Assembly (NCBI GenBank): GCA_964016885.1
Contig: OZ024743.1
Location: 7,130,001 to 7,194,000 of the forward strand
Direction of reading: 5' to 3'
Source of the DNA: Eledone cirrhosa
Taxonomy: Eukaryota
DNA: 64,000 nt
Positions 63,341 to 64,000 of this stretch are shown in pieces (position 1 is the stretch's first letter; every line of letters starts with the position of its first letter). The notes beneath the pieces were generated by a model. That model ran no database searches and was not told the origin of the DNA. It was given only the letters and a program-made list of their open reading frames with translations. The position numbers were made by a program, and so were the translations under genes.

Positions 63341-64000
63341 TAATTAATCAGTCAAGTTCCCATTGTTGACATTACAGATGTTGTTTAGATGTTAGTATTT
63401 CACTGACACCTTTAACATAGTTCTATGGGATATTCAGCAAGGCACATTGTGTGTGAGAAGGCTGCCCATTTGAATCACAGGTACAACTCATTTTTACAAG
63501 CTGAGAGAATTGGAGCGATGTGAAATGAAGTGTCTTGCTTAAGGACACAATGTGCCACTGAAAATTGAACTAACAATCTTTTGATTGTGAGTAATATGCC
63601 GTAATCACTAAGCCACCATTATCAATCACATGTGCACTCACACACTTAGTCCTACATTTAAAATAACAGGTTTTAAAAAGTGGGTTGCTAAAATAAAATG
63701 CCAGTCAATTTAATTCACTTTCCCCTTCCCCCAAATTGCTGGCCTTGTATTAAAAGTAAATACAAACAGTGGATTGGCAGTATTGGTAGAGCATCGGACA
63801 CCCTTCTTTGCAGCATAGAGTTACGGCCCTTTACGTTATGAGTGTAAATTCCGCTGAAGTTAGCTTTGCCTTTTATCCTTACGGGGTCGATGAAATAAAG
63901 TACCAGTCATGCGTTGACGTCAATTTAATCGACTTTTCTGTCCCCCAAAATTGCTGGCCTTGTACCCAAATCAGAAACTACGTCCCTTTACAGACAGAGT

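Overview
AT-rich, intron- and repeat-dense animal genomic DNA. The SINE, MITE and microsatellite content suggests an octopus or other coleoid cephalopod; this is inference, not shown directly. Two spliced housekeeping genes lie head-to-head. A complete adenylate kinase 2 (AK2) is on the minus strand (5 coding exons, 32632->14632, 243 aa). The first nine coding exons of a peroxisomal acyl-CoA oxidase (ACOX1-like) are on the plus strand (40066->60616, continuing beyond the window). The rest is mobile DNA: CR1-type LINEs (one with an uninterrupted endonuclease+RT ORF2), CRE-like, RTE-like and Penelope-like fragments, two Helitron derivatives, a decayed Tc1/mariner, MITEs, tRNA-derived SINEs, probable solo LTRs, a 5.1-kb 26-bp minisatellite and a 44-bp array grown inside a MITE. 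The most interesting signals are (1) a canonical G_GGA_AAC -1 slippery heptamer right before the ORF1 stop of the intact LINE, in frame with an ORF2 that lacks a usable AUG, (2) several Penelope-type hammerhead-ribozyme-like motifs, and (3) internal structure of the two tandem arrays that records how they grew. No clearly new protein-coding system was found. All coordinates were counted by hand; transposon boundaries are approximate.
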